A stretch of DNA of 64,000 nucleotides, from contig CAZXMM010000001.1 in assembly GCA_964641255.1 (NCBI GenBank), forward strand, positions 332,302 to 396,301. The letters run 5' to 3'. Positions 28,920 to 37,345 of the stretch are shown here, in pieces. A program made the translations under genes and the position numbers. Source of the stretch: an uncultured Gammaproteobacteria bacterium. GTDB lineage: Bacteria > Patescibacteriota > Microgenomatia > JAMCZE01. Each line of letters starts with the position of its first letter. Position 1 is the stretch's first letter. The notes below the pieces were generated by a model. That model searched no databases. It was not told the origin of the DNA and saw only the letters and a list, made by a program, of their open reading frames with translations.

Positions 28920-28994
28920 TGGTACCGCATAGGGGAATCGGACCCCTGTTGCCAGAATGAGAATCTGACGTCCTAGCCACTAGACGAATGCGGC
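28920..28994 (-). tRNA. tRNA-Glu (anticodon CUC), CCA encoded
   Basis: Manually folded: acceptor GCCGCAT/ATGCGGT, D arm GTCT-AGTGGCTA-GGAC, anticodon stem-loop TCAGA-TTCTCAT-TCTGG, T arm, 3' ACCA. Confidence 0.8.
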
Positions 28995-29016
28995 AACTTT
29001 GTTGATTTTACTAAAC

Positions 29017-29044
29017 TTGACAAGAAAAGGGCAGGTGGTACAAT
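29017..29044 (+). promoter_or_regulatory. sigma70-like promoter TTGACA-N16-TACAAT upstream of greA leader
   Basis: Read directly; followed by IR GTTGTC-agcta-GACAAC at predicted 5' end. Confidence 0.45.
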
Positions 29045-29102
29045 ACACCAGTTGTCAGCTAGACAACCCGGCTCGGAAGTAGAAAGATCAACTCTCGCGA
29101 GG

Positions 29103-29133
29103 CTTTCTGAATATCAGAAAGTCTTCTTTTTTT
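29103..29133 (+). terminator. intrinsic terminator-like hairpin (CTTTCTGA-ata-TCAGAAAG + U-run) in greA leader, ~40 nt before greA ATG
   Basis: Perfect 8-bp stem followed by TCTTCTTTTTTT. Confidence 0.45.
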
Positions 29134-29174
29134 CTGGGAAGCTACCCAAAATTAGAACTTAATAACTAATTAAT

Positions 29175-29663
29175 ATGACAAAGACAATTCATAAATCCAC
29201 AATCATGCTGACGGCCGAGGGACTGGCTAACTTGCAACAAGAGTTGCGTGAGCTTAAAGAAGTAAAGCTACCGCAAATTGTCGAGCGAGTAGCTACGGCT
29301 CGGGCGGACGGAGATCTGTCAGAAAACAGTGCTTATCAATTTGGTCGTCAGGAGCAAGAATTTATCCAGGGCCGCATTGACGAACTAGAGGGTATTTTAA
29401 AAAACTCCACTCTTATTCAAAAAACTGCGGTGGCTAGTAACGGCACTAAAACAGTGGACGTGGGACGTAAAGTGACAGTGGCCATTGGGGGTAAAAAGCA
29501 GATTTTTCATATCGTCGGTGATTGGGAAGCTAAACCTTTGGAGAAAAAGATTTCTGGCAGCTCTCCCCTCGGCAAAGCCTTAATGGGCAAAAAAGTGGGC
29601 GACAAAGCCGAATTTGACGCCCCAGCAGGCAAGATCCAATATACAATTGTAGAAATAGAGTAG
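29175..29663 (+). CDS. greA: transcription elongation factor GreA
   Basis: N-terminal coiled-coil with ...DLSENSAYQF... and C-terminal FKBP-like domain; 162 aa. Confidence 0.9.
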   Translation: MTKTIHKSTIMLTAEGLANLQQELRELKEVKLPQIVERVATARADGDLSENSAYQFGRQEQEFIQGRIDELEGILKNSTLIQKTAVASNGTKTVDVGRKVTVAIGGKKQIFHIVGDWEAKPLEKKISGSSPLGKALMGKKVGDKAEFDAPAGKIQYTIVEIE

Positions 29664-29667
29664 TTTG

Positions 29668-29735
29668 AAATGACAGGAGGGAAACTGAGTGATTAGATGA
29701 TACTAATCCATTTCCTACAGTCCTGTCATTTTTGG
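29668..29735 (+). terminator. long imperfect stem-loop plus U-run after greA (AAATGACAGGA ... TCCTGTCATTTTT)
   Basis: 11-bp outer stem with nested inner hairpins, followed by TTTTT. Confidence 0.5.
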
Positions 29736-29784
29736 GTTTTCGTGCGTATTGCTAAATAGCAGGTCATCCGTGATAATTGTTCTT

Positions 29785-31866
29785 ATGGCCCAAGCAATTG
29801 ACGAAATCATTAAAAATAGGAAAGAAAAATTGGAAAAACTTGAGGCTGTGGGCCTGTCAGGATTTCCCGCTTGGGAAGGGGTGCGCGAGCCCATCGCCGT
29901 AGTCAGAGAGAAGAAACAAGCCGCAGCGGCTAGTGTGGTGGGCAGGATCAGCGCAATAAGGGGACACGGAAAATTAGTTTTTCTTGATTTAATTGATGAA
30001 AGTGGGAAAATCCAGATCTCCTTTAAGCCCGATAACTTAGGCAAAGCCTTTACTAACATCTCTCTCCTTGATATGGGCGATTTTATCAGTGCTTCGGGAT
30101 CACTTTATACCACGGAAGCAGGAGAACTGACGATCGAAGCCGCCAAATTTTCACTGTTAACCAAAGCGCTGCGGCCCCTACCCTCTAGTTGGTACGGATT
30201 TAATGATGTAGAAGAACGGTACCGGCAACGGTATGTAGATCTGCTCGTTAACCCCGAAGTTAAAGAAGTTTTCTTGGTGCGGACGAAAATCACTAAGCTT
30301 CTTAGGCAAAAACTTGACGCTGCCGGCTTTACTGAGGTAGAGACACCAGTGTTACAGCCGCTCTATGGTGGAGCTACCGCCAAGCCATTTATAACCCATC
30401 ATAACGCCCTAGACATCGATCTCTACTTGCGTATCTCTGACGAACTTTATTTGAAACGTTTAATTGTTGCTGGCTTTGAAAAAGTCTATGAGATTGCCAA
30501 AGATTTTCGTAACGAAGGCATCGATCGTCAACACAACCCCGAGTTTACTATGCTCGAGTTTTATTGGGCCTACGCTAACTATGAGGACTTAATGAAATTT
30601 ACTGAAGAGATGCTGTCAGCTATTGTTAAGGAGATAAAAGGAAGTTATAAATTTGTCTATCAAGGGCAGGAATACGACTTTACTCCACCGTGGCCAAGAG
30701 TTAGCTTCCGAGATCTTATTAAGGCAGATACCGGTATCGATATAAATGTTGCAAATACAGAGGGAAAGCTACTTGCTGCCATAAAAAAGACCGAGACTAA
30801 GCTGGATTTGGAAGGTGTAGTGGGCTATGCCGCACTTCTAGACACTTTTTATAAAGTGGTTAGTCGTCCCAAAATTATTGGGCCACTTTTTCTTTATGAC
30901 CACCCGGTCGAATCCAAGCCACTGGCCAAGAAAAAAGCAACCGACCCATCCAAAGCCGCCAGCTTCCAACTGTTAGTAGGTGGATTTGAATGGCTCAATG
31001 CTTATAACGAACTCAATGATCCTATTGATCAGCGGGCCAGATGGGAAGAGGAACTAAAACTAGCAGAACTGGGGTCTGAGGAGTTTCAGATGATTGACGA
31101 GGATTACATTCGGGCGCTGGAATATGGGATGCCACCAACTGCTGGTTGGGGAATGGGAATTGATCGGATGACCGCTTTTCTTACTGATCAACATACCATT
31201 AAAGATACGATTTTGTTCCCCACTATGAAGCCAGAACACCCCCCTGGTACTAGGCCGGCTAGTGTGGTGGTAACCCCGCAAGTAAAAGGGACGCCTTTAT
31301 CATTGACGAGAGAGCGGGCCATAAAACTTCTTCATGACAAGGTGCAAAATGAAAATTTGCGGCGCCACTCCTATAGCGTGGAAGCAGTAATGAGAGCTCT
31401 AGCTAGAAAGCTGGGGGGAGACGAGGACAAGTGGGGGCTACTTGGCCTCCTTCATGACGGCGATTATGAACTAACCAAGGACGCGATCCAAAAACATACT
31501 ATTCTCATGATGGACTGGCTCAAAGAATTGGGGGAAACGGATAGGGAGTTTATTCAAGCGTTTGAATCGCACAATCATGAGCGAACTGGATTTAACGAGC
31601 CAGTCACACTAATGGAGTGGGCCTTATTTTGCTGTGACGAGTTAACCGGACTCATTGTGGCAGTAACCTTAATTCAACCCTCAAAGAAGATTGCTGATGT
31701 AACAGTGGAAGGAGTCTTAAAGAAATGGAAACAAAAGGGTTTTGCTGCTGGAGCTAATCGAAAAGATATTGAGCAGTGCGAAGTGCGATTGAGAATCCCA
31801 CTGCCTGAGTTTATTGCTCTTACTCTTTCGGCTATGCAAGCAATTGGACCCCAAATTGGGTTATGA
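29785..31866 (+). CDS. lysS: lysine--tRNA ligase (class II) fused to C-terminal YqeK-like HD phosphohydrolase domain
   Basis: LysRS anticodon-binding and class II core (motif 2/3; ...GIDRMTAFLTDQHTIKDTILFP) through ~residue 495, then ~195 aa with HD-domain ligands RRHS, LLHDGDYE, HNHE, CCDEL arranged as in YqeK-type HD hydrolases. Confidence 0.75.
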   Translation: MAQAIDEIIKNRKEKLEKLEAVGLSGFPAWEGVREPIAVVREKKQAAAASVVGRISAIRGHGKLVFLDLIDESGKIQISFKPDNLGKAFTNISLLDMGDFISASGSLYTTEAGELTIEAAKFSLLTKALRPLPSSWYGFNDVEERYRQRYVDLLVNPEVKEVFLVRTKITKLLRQKLDAAGFTEVETPVLQPLYGGATAKPFITHHNALDIDLYLRISDELYLKRLIVAGFEKVYEIAKDFRNEGIDRQHNPEFTMLEFYWAYANYEDLMKFTEEMLSAIVKEIKGSYKFVYQGQEYDFTPPWPRVSFRDLIKADTGIDINVANTEGKLLAAIKKTETKLDLEGVVGYAALLDTFYKVVSRPKIIGPLFLYDHPVESKPLAKKKATDPSKAASFQLLVGGFEWLNAYNELNDPIDQRARWEEELKLAELGSEEFQMIDEDYIRALEYGMPPTAGWGMGIDRMTAFLTDQHTIKDTILFPTMKPEHPPGTRPASVVVTPQVKGTPLSLTRERAIKLLHDKVQNENLRRHSYSVEAVMRALARKLGGDEDKWGLLGLLHDGDYELTKDAIQKHTILMMDWLKELGETDREFIQAFESHNHERTGFNEPVTLMEWALFCCDELTGLIVAVTLIQPSKKIADVTVEGVLKKWKQKGFAAGANRKDIEQCEVRLRIPLPEFIALTLSAMQAIGPQIGL

Positions 31867-32471
31867 TAAGGAAGAAAAATGATATGACCAGAGACGAACT
31901 ACTAAAAGCTCTAAACGCCCTTGTCAAAAATGACAACCTCAAACGCCACCATCTGGCAGCAGCAGCTTGTATGAAAGGTATCGCCCTGTACCTAAAAGAT
32001 CAGGATAAGAAAAAATATAAGGGTATTGATGAGGCAATGTGGGAAGCCGTAGGTCTCCTCCACGATGCCGATTACGAACGTACCAAGGATCGTCCGGTTG
32101 AACATGGCATGATTGTAATTGACGAAGTTAGATCTTTTGGTATTGAGCTTCCAAGTGACGTAGCTCAAGCGATTAAATTTCATAATTTTGAAAATACCCA
32201 TGCGACCGAATCACCAATGGGTTGGGCCATCTATACATGTGACCCCCTGACCGGGTTGATCGTTGCCTGCGCTCAAACCACACCCGATCACAAACTGGCA
32301 GGAGTAAGTTTGGAAATGCTTTCGGAAAAATTTAACGATACCAGTTTTGCCAAAGAAGTCTCTCGTGACAAAATTAAACTGTGCGAAGAGAAGCTGGCAA
32401 TAAAGCTGGAAGATTTCCAAAAAATTTGTCTTACGGCAATGCTGACAGTTGCTGAGGAAATTGGGTTGTGA
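31863..32471 (+). CDS. standalone YqeK-like HD domain phosphohydrolase (paralog of lysS C-terminal domain)
   Basis: Collinear similarity to the LysRS C-terminal extension (NLKRHH, GLLHDADYE, FHNFENTHA, YTCDPLTGLIVA, ...EEIGL); start overlaps lysS stop (ATGA). Confidence 0.6.
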   Translation: MIRKKNDMTRDELLKALNALVKNDNLKRHHLAAAACMKGIALYLKDQDKKKYKGIDEAMWEAVGLLHDADYERTKDRPVEHGMIVIDEVRSFGIELPSDVAQAIKFHNFENTHATESPMGWAIYTCDPLTGLIVACAQTTPDHKLAGVSLEMLSEKFNDTSFAKEVSRDKIKLCEEKLAIKLEDFQKICLTAMLTVAEEIGL

Positions 32472-32627
32472 TATCATCACCTTACAAGCGTTGAGTCTAG
32501 CTTTCCACTAGATGAGCTGCCGGGAGGAAATGCCCGAGCCGGGGATGCCCGTTATAGCAAAATTGAGAAGCAAGCTTAGGTGGCACCACGGTAGTTACCG
32601 TCCTAGCAAAAGAGGGGCGGTTTTTTT

Positions 32628-33251
32628 ATGGCAAAAATTTATCTTATTCGCCACGGCGAGTCTGTTGCTAACACTGAGGGTAAGTATCAAGGGCAAACCT
32701 ACGATACCCCCTTATCCATCTTGGGAGAAAAACAAGTGGCAGCACTTAGTAATCGATTTTCCACTGTTTTGGTTGACGCAGTCTTTGCCAGTCCGCTTAA
32801 AAGAACTGTCCAAACAGGAAGGGCAGTGAGTAGCGCCCTAACTCTAGTGCCCGATCTTATCGAAACGAATCACGGTTTGTGGGAGGGGTTGTCAAAAGAA
32901 GCCATTAAAAAGCGGTGGCCCGACTTATACGACCTGTGGCTGGTTAAGCCCTCTAGAGTGCAATTTCCCGAAGGTGAACATTTTGCCCAAACGGCTCAAA
33001 GAGCGATCACTTTTGTCACCCCGTTGTTAGCAAGGTCCGGTACGTACGCGGTAGTAACTCATTCAAATATTATTTCAATACTGCTTATGCACTTTCTGGG
33101 GAGACCCTTGGATGCGATGTGGGAGTTCGCCATTCAGCCTACCAGTGTAAGCTTAATTGAAACTCAGAGCGACGGAGCGATAGTTAGGTATTATAATGAT
33201 GTTACGCATTTGGAGGGGCTCGAGTCAGACCTTTCAGTGCACGCTATCTAA
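32628..33251 (+). CDS. histidine phosphatase family protein (phosphoglycerate mutase-like)
   Basis: LIRHGES catalytic RHG motif; 207 aa. Confidence 0.8.
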   Translation: MAKIYLIRHGESVANTEGKYQGQTYDTPLSILGEKQVAALSNRFSTVLVDAVFASPLKRTVQTGRAVSSALTLVPDLIETNHGLWEGLSKEAIKKRWPDLYDLWLVKPSRVQFPEGEHFAQTAQRAITFVTPLLARSGTYAVVTHSNIISILLMHFLGRPLDAMWEFAIQPTSVSLIETQSDGAIVRYYNDVTHLEGLESDLSVHAI

Positions 33252-33263
33252 TTTGTTATTCCT

Positions 33264-34541
33264 ATGCTTGATATTAAATTCATCAGAGACAACCGAGACA
33301 AAGTTAAATTAGGAACAAAAAATAAGAATGGTGACCCGAGTAAGGTCGACGAGGTTATTGCTTTAGATGAAGCCTATCGTAAACTGCTTGGGCAAGTGGA
33401 AATACTGAGAAGTGAGCGCAATAAGGCAAGCAAAGAGGACCGAGAAAAGGGTAAGGAAATAAAGGCCAAACTAAAGGAAATCGAACCCCAGCTTAAAAAA
33501 GTCGAAGACGAACTAGCCACCACGATGAGACATATTCCCAATATGCCTTTTGACGAAGTTCCGGTGGGTAAAGATGATTCCCAAAATGTTGTAGTTCGCA
33601 AATGGGGCGAACCTAAAAAGTTTAGTTTTACTCCTAAAGATCACGTCGAATTAGGAGAGAAATTGGGAATCCTTAACCTGGAAACTGCAGGCAAAGTTTC
33701 TGGCACTAGATTCGGCTACCTAATGGGTGATTTAGCAAGAATGGAAATGGCTTTAGTCCAGTTTGCCTTTGATGTTCTTACAAACGAAGAGGTCCTGACC
33801 AGACTTGCTAGTGGGTACAATTCTAAGCCGTTTGTCCCTGTGATCCCGCCCGTCATGATTAAGCCTGAGGTTTACATTCGGATGGCCAGACTTGACCCTG
33901 GTCAGGAGGTGGAGCGCTATTATATGCCAAAAGATGACATCTATCTGATTGGTAGTGCCGAACACACCCTGGGTCCACTCCATATTGACCAAACCCTAGA
34001 AGAGCCAATTCTGCCCATAAGATATGTTGGATTCTCCACTGCTTTTAGACGAGAAGCTGGGTCTTACGGAAAAGATACCAAGGGAATCCTTAGAGTTCAC
34101 CAATTCGATAAGGTGGAAATGGAGACATTTACTGTTGAAGAAGACTGCGTTAAAGAACAAGACTTCTTGGTAGCTATTCAAGAATACATTATGCAAGCTC
34201 TGGAATTACCTTACCAGGTTGTTATGGTTTGCACTGGTGATATGGGGACTCCCGATGCTAGACAAATTGATGTTGAGACCTGGCTTCCGGGACAAAATAG
34301 ATATCGTGAGACTCATTCCGCTGATTTAGTGACTGACTACCAGTCTCGTCGACTAAATATCAAGGTGAAAAGGAAAAATGGCCAAACCCAACTGGTTCAT
34401 ATGAATGATGCCACGGCAATAGCCATCGGAAGAACCCTGATCGCAATTATTGAGAACTATCAAAACGAAGATGGGAGCATCACTATTCCCAAAGTTTTAC
34501 AAAAATATTTAGGCAAAGAGAAAATTCTTCCCAAATCTTAA
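33264..34541 (+). CDS. serS: serine--tRNA ligase
   Basis: N-terminal coiled-coil tRNA-binding arm plus class II core motifs; 425 aa. Confidence 0.9.
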   Translation: MLDIKFIRDNRDKVKLGTKNKNGDPSKVDEVIALDEAYRKLLGQVEILRSERNKASKEDREKGKEIKAKLKEIEPQLKKVEDELATTMRHIPNMPFDEVPVGKDDSQNVVVRKWGEPKKFSFTPKDHVELGEKLGILNLETAGKVSGTRFGYLMGDLARMEMALVQFAFDVLTNEEVLTRLASGYNSKPFVPVIPPVMIKPEVYIRMARLDPGQEVERYYMPKDDIYLIGSAEHTLGPLHIDQTLEEPILPIRYVGFSTAFRREAGSYGKDTKGILRVHQFDKVEMETFTVEEDCVKEQDFLVAIQEYIMQALELPYQVVMVCTGDMGTPDARQIDVETWLPGQNRYRETHSADLVTDYQSRRLNIKVKRKNGQTQLVHMNDATAIAIGRTLIAIIENYQNEDGSITIPKVLQKYLGKEKILPKS

Positions 34542-34664
34542 TTTCATTCTAGCCTACTCCAAAGGGATGTCTCCTTTTTCAGAAAAGTTTGTCATTGACA
34601 TTCCGAGTTTGTTTGTTACTCTTTAAAAGTTATTAAAAATTTCAGCTTAATCTGAAGCAAAATT

Positions 34665-35693
34665 GTGGAGCAAAATAAATTAGTAAAAGTCACGGTTCTT
34701 TACAACGAAATCCAAGCGCTTCCTTACCAAGATTCTTCTGCTAATCTGACAGTTGACGGTGCCAAGGACGACGCCGTACTGATCGCCAAATCCTTAGCTG
34801 AGAAGGGTTATACCACTGACCTCTTTCAATTAACTAATCAGAATCAAACAGAACTAAAGGATTATCCAACGACAATTTTTTTTAATTTATGTGACGGCAT
34901 TGGTGACGTACCCAATTCTGAAGCCGAGGTGCCCAGATTACTAGAGTCTTATGGCCGTTTTTATACTGGGGCGGGACAGGAGGGAATGATTAAAACCACC
35001 CAAAAAGCCCAAACTAAGGCTATCTTTAGTTCTTTGGGGGCCCTGACTCCCGAATTTGCCGTCGTAAACCAGGTTCCTACGGTCCTACCCAGTGGACTTA
35101 GCTTCCCTCTATTTGTTAAGCCTCAAGGTCAAGACTGTAGTATTGGTATTACCCAAGAGTCAGTAGTTGAGGATCTCATTAGTTTGCAGCGAGAAGTAAA
35201 GCGTATTTTAGATTCCTACGCCGGGTCAGTTTTGATCGAACGCTATATTGAGGGTCGGGAAGTGAACCTAACGCTGGTTGATAATGGTTTGGATGTTACT
35301 ATGCTGCCAATTTCAGAAATTGTCTTTGGCGATGAAATTACGGCTTACGGGGAAAGAAAGTTTGTTGACTTTAACGCCAAGTGGGAGGAGAACTCCATTA
35401 CCTACAAAAACACAGTCGGTAAGTGTCCAGCGGATTTGCCAAAAGAAGTTCATGACAAGATTAAAGCACTGGCGCTTAAAATCTATCCGGCCGTGGGGGC
35501 ACGCGATTACGCTCGTATCGATATCCGTTTGTCAGCGGATCTTACGCCCTACTTTTTAGAAGTAAATGTTAATCCTGATTTATCACTCGAAGCCGGAGCC
35601 TTTCGTTCGGCGACGGCAGCTGGCTGGGACTATCCGACTTTTATGGAAAAAATTGTTAAGTTTGCTCTCAAGCGCTATTCACTGTCCCAATGA
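34665..35693 (+). CDS. ATP-grasp ligase, D-Ala-D-Ala ligase-like (paralog 1)
   Basis: C-terminal ATP-grasp motifs (IERYIEGREVNLTLV, ARIDIRL...YFLEVNVNP); N-terminal Ddl-like domain lacking canonical Ddl substrate motifs. Confidence 0.6.
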   Translation: MEQNKLVKVTVLYNEIQALPYQDSSANLTVDGAKDDAVLIAKSLAEKGYTTDLFQLTNQNQTELKDYPTTIFFNLCDGIGDVPNSEAEVPRLLESYGRFYTGAGQEGMIKTTQKAQTKAIFSSLGALTPEFAVVNQVPTVLPSGLSFPLFVKPQGQDCSIGITQESVVEDLISLQREVKRILDSYAGSVLIERYIEGREVNLTLVDNGLDVTMLPISEIVFGDEITAYGERKFVDFNAKWEENSITYKNTVGKCPADLPKEVHDKIKALALKIYPAVGARDYARIDIRLSADLTPYFLEVNVNPDLSLEAGAFRSATAAGWDYPTFMEKIVKFALKRYSLSQ

Positions 35694-36742
35694 AGAAAAA
35701 ATCCTTAACAAGTGTCATCATCCTTTACAACCGGGTTAGTGGCGAGACTACTGCACCAGCGTCTCTAGCCGATGAGGATACTATCTGGACTGCCGTTGAG
35801 GCCCAAAAGGCGCTGGTATCTTTAGGCTACCGGGCAGAGCTGTTGGAAGTCACGGTGGATAATATAACTCGTCTTAACGAAGCTAGGGGTGATGTGTTTC
35901 TGAATTTAGCTGAGGGGATCGGCAGTCTCCCAAAGAGCGACTATCTAGTTGCTCGGGAGCTAGAAAATCTTAACCGACCATTTACTGGCTGTTCTTCCGA
36001 GGCGCTTCATTTTACTAACGATAAGATCGCTACTAAAGATTTACTGGTGGCACACCAGCTTCCCACCGCTGCCTACCAAGTGTTTAGTAGTGGTGACGTA
36101 TCCGATTTTAGTTTAACCCTCCCAGTAATTGCTAAACCTAGCCGGGAGGATTCTAGCCTGGGAATATCACTCGATTCTGTCGCTACTAATCGGGTTCAGT
36201 TGAAACAAAAAGTGGCGACCCTTAACAAACTTTACTCCGATCCTATTTTAGTCGAAGAGTACATTGACGGCAGGGAACTCAATGTAACGGTGATTGGCTA
36301 CGGCGATCAAGCACTTGCCCTGCCGATTTCAGAAGTGGTTTTTGGAGACTGGTTTAGCGGCAAATACAAAGTGGTCGATTTCTCGGCCAAATGGGAAGAG
36401 GGTACTCCCGCTTTTCAAAATTCCTGGGGAGTTGCACCAGCACAAATTGATGAGCCGACTCGACAGAAAGTTGTAGACTACGCTCTCCTTGCTTACAAAC
36501 TGACTAACTGTCAGGGCTATGCGCGAATAGATTTCCGGTTGGGCACAGACAATGTGCCCTATATTCTTGAGGTTAACGCTAATCCTGGAGTGGCTCCAGA
36601 TTCGGGAGCGGTGCGATCTGCTAAGGCAGCCGGTTATTCTTATGAGAAATTTTTAGAACTGATCATTACTTTAGCTAGGAATCATTATGACCAAGAAGAG
36701 GTCCGTTTATCCCGGTTTGCCAGCACGTTCGCTTTTTCCTAA
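35690..36742 (+). CDS. ATP-grasp ligase, D-Ala-D-Ala ligase-like (paralog 2)
   Basis: Same architecture (VEEYIDGRELNVTVI, ARIDFRL...YILEVNANP); start overlaps previous stop (ATGA). Confidence 0.6.
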   Translation: MKKKSLTSVIILYNRVSGETTAPASLADEDTIWTAVEAQKALVSLGYRAELLEVTVDNITRLNEARGDVFLNLAEGIGSLPKSDYLVARELENLNRPFTGCSSEALHFTNDKIATKDLLVAHQLPTAAYQVFSSGDVSDFSLTLPVIAKPSREDSSLGISLDSVATNRVQLKQKVATLNKLYSDPILVEEYIDGRELNVTVIGYGDQALALPISEVVFGDWFSGKYKVVDFSAKWEEGTPAFQNSWGVAPAQIDEPTRQKVVDYALLAYKLTNCQGYARIDFRLGTDNVPYILEVNANPGVAPDSGAVRSAKAAGYSYEKFLELIITLARNHYDQEEVRLSRFASTFAFS

Positions 36743-36788
36743 GAAACTAGCTTCTCTTCTTTCACCCCATAACAACGAGCTGGTGGTC

Positions 36789-37319
36789 ATGTCCTATTTT
36801 AATGGTCCCTGCCTTTGGGCTAGTGGTATTCAGCAGTCGGGACCCTACATCGAAAAAATGTGGGAGATGGTATTAAAAACCACAGGAGTAAAAAATAGCC
36901 CCTCGGTGCTAGTGATTGGATTTGGCGCCGGGAGTGTTTATAAAGTATTAACAAAGCACTATGCCCCCCAAAGGGTGATTGGTATAGAAATCGACCCACT
37001 CATAATTGAGATCGGTAAAGCTTATTTTGCTATCAAACCTAGCCCAAAGTTGCGCCTTATTTGTGGCGATGCCCAGGAAGAAATTGCTAAACTCCAAGAC
37101 AAGTTTGATCTGATTATTATCGATTTATACAAAGGCGGTCAAAACCAGCTGCGGGCTGGCGTTATGGAGTTGTTGCCCCCTCGTCTAACAGCAGCTGGAG
37201 TGATACTGAGTAATCTGTATGACGATCCCACACCCCATGGCCTTCCCAAGAATCTAAAACTTAATAAAACACTGAGATACAAAAAAAACTATCTTGCTAG
37301 TATTGGTCACGCAAGTTAA
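36789..37319 (+). CDS. spermidine synthase-fold (PABS-like) class I methyltransferase-like protein
   Basis: VLVIGFGAGSV...VIGIEIDP...DLIIIDLY resembles aminopropyltransferase/SAM-MTase Rossmann fold; internal Met chosen because track ORF start overlaps upstream gene by 56 nt in another frame. Confidence 0.45.
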   Translation: MSYFNGPCLWASGIQQSGPYIEKMWEMVLKTTGVKNSPSVLVIGFGAGSVYKVLTKHYAPQRVIGIEIDPLIIEIGKAYFAIKPSPKLRLICGDAQEEIAKLQDKFDLIIIDLYKGGQNQLRAGVMELLPPRLTAAGVILSNLYDDPTPHGLPKNLKLNKTLRYKKNYLASIGHAS

Positions 37320-37345
37320 TCAAAGATGCTACAATATCCCAGCTT

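Noticed and set aside
29664-29784. T-box or other riboswitch leader upstream of lysS
   Set aside because: Only ~120 nt, mostly occupied by the greA terminator hairpin; too short for a T-box and lacks its conserved specifier/T-box sequence.
32472-32627. Possible small structured RNA (SRP-RNA-like GGAGGAAAUGCCCGAGCCGG segment) between the HD gene and the histidine phosphatase gene
   Set aside because: Does not contain the conserved SRP domain IV motifs (GGAA tetraloop context, AGCAGC); no convincing long hairpin or terminator; more likely 3'UTR plus promoter/RBS (GAGGGG before ATG).
34542-34664. Intrinsic terminator after serS (AGGGA-UGUC-UCCUU + U-run)
   Set aside because: Stem only 5 bp with a G-U pair and a mismatch on extension; too weak to call confidently.
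36687-36788. Upstream 34 codons of the PABS-like ORF
   Set aside because: Overlaps the preceding ATP-grasp gene by 56 nt in a different frame and has no recognisable fold; internal Met at 36789 used, but a true longer N-terminus cannot be excluded.
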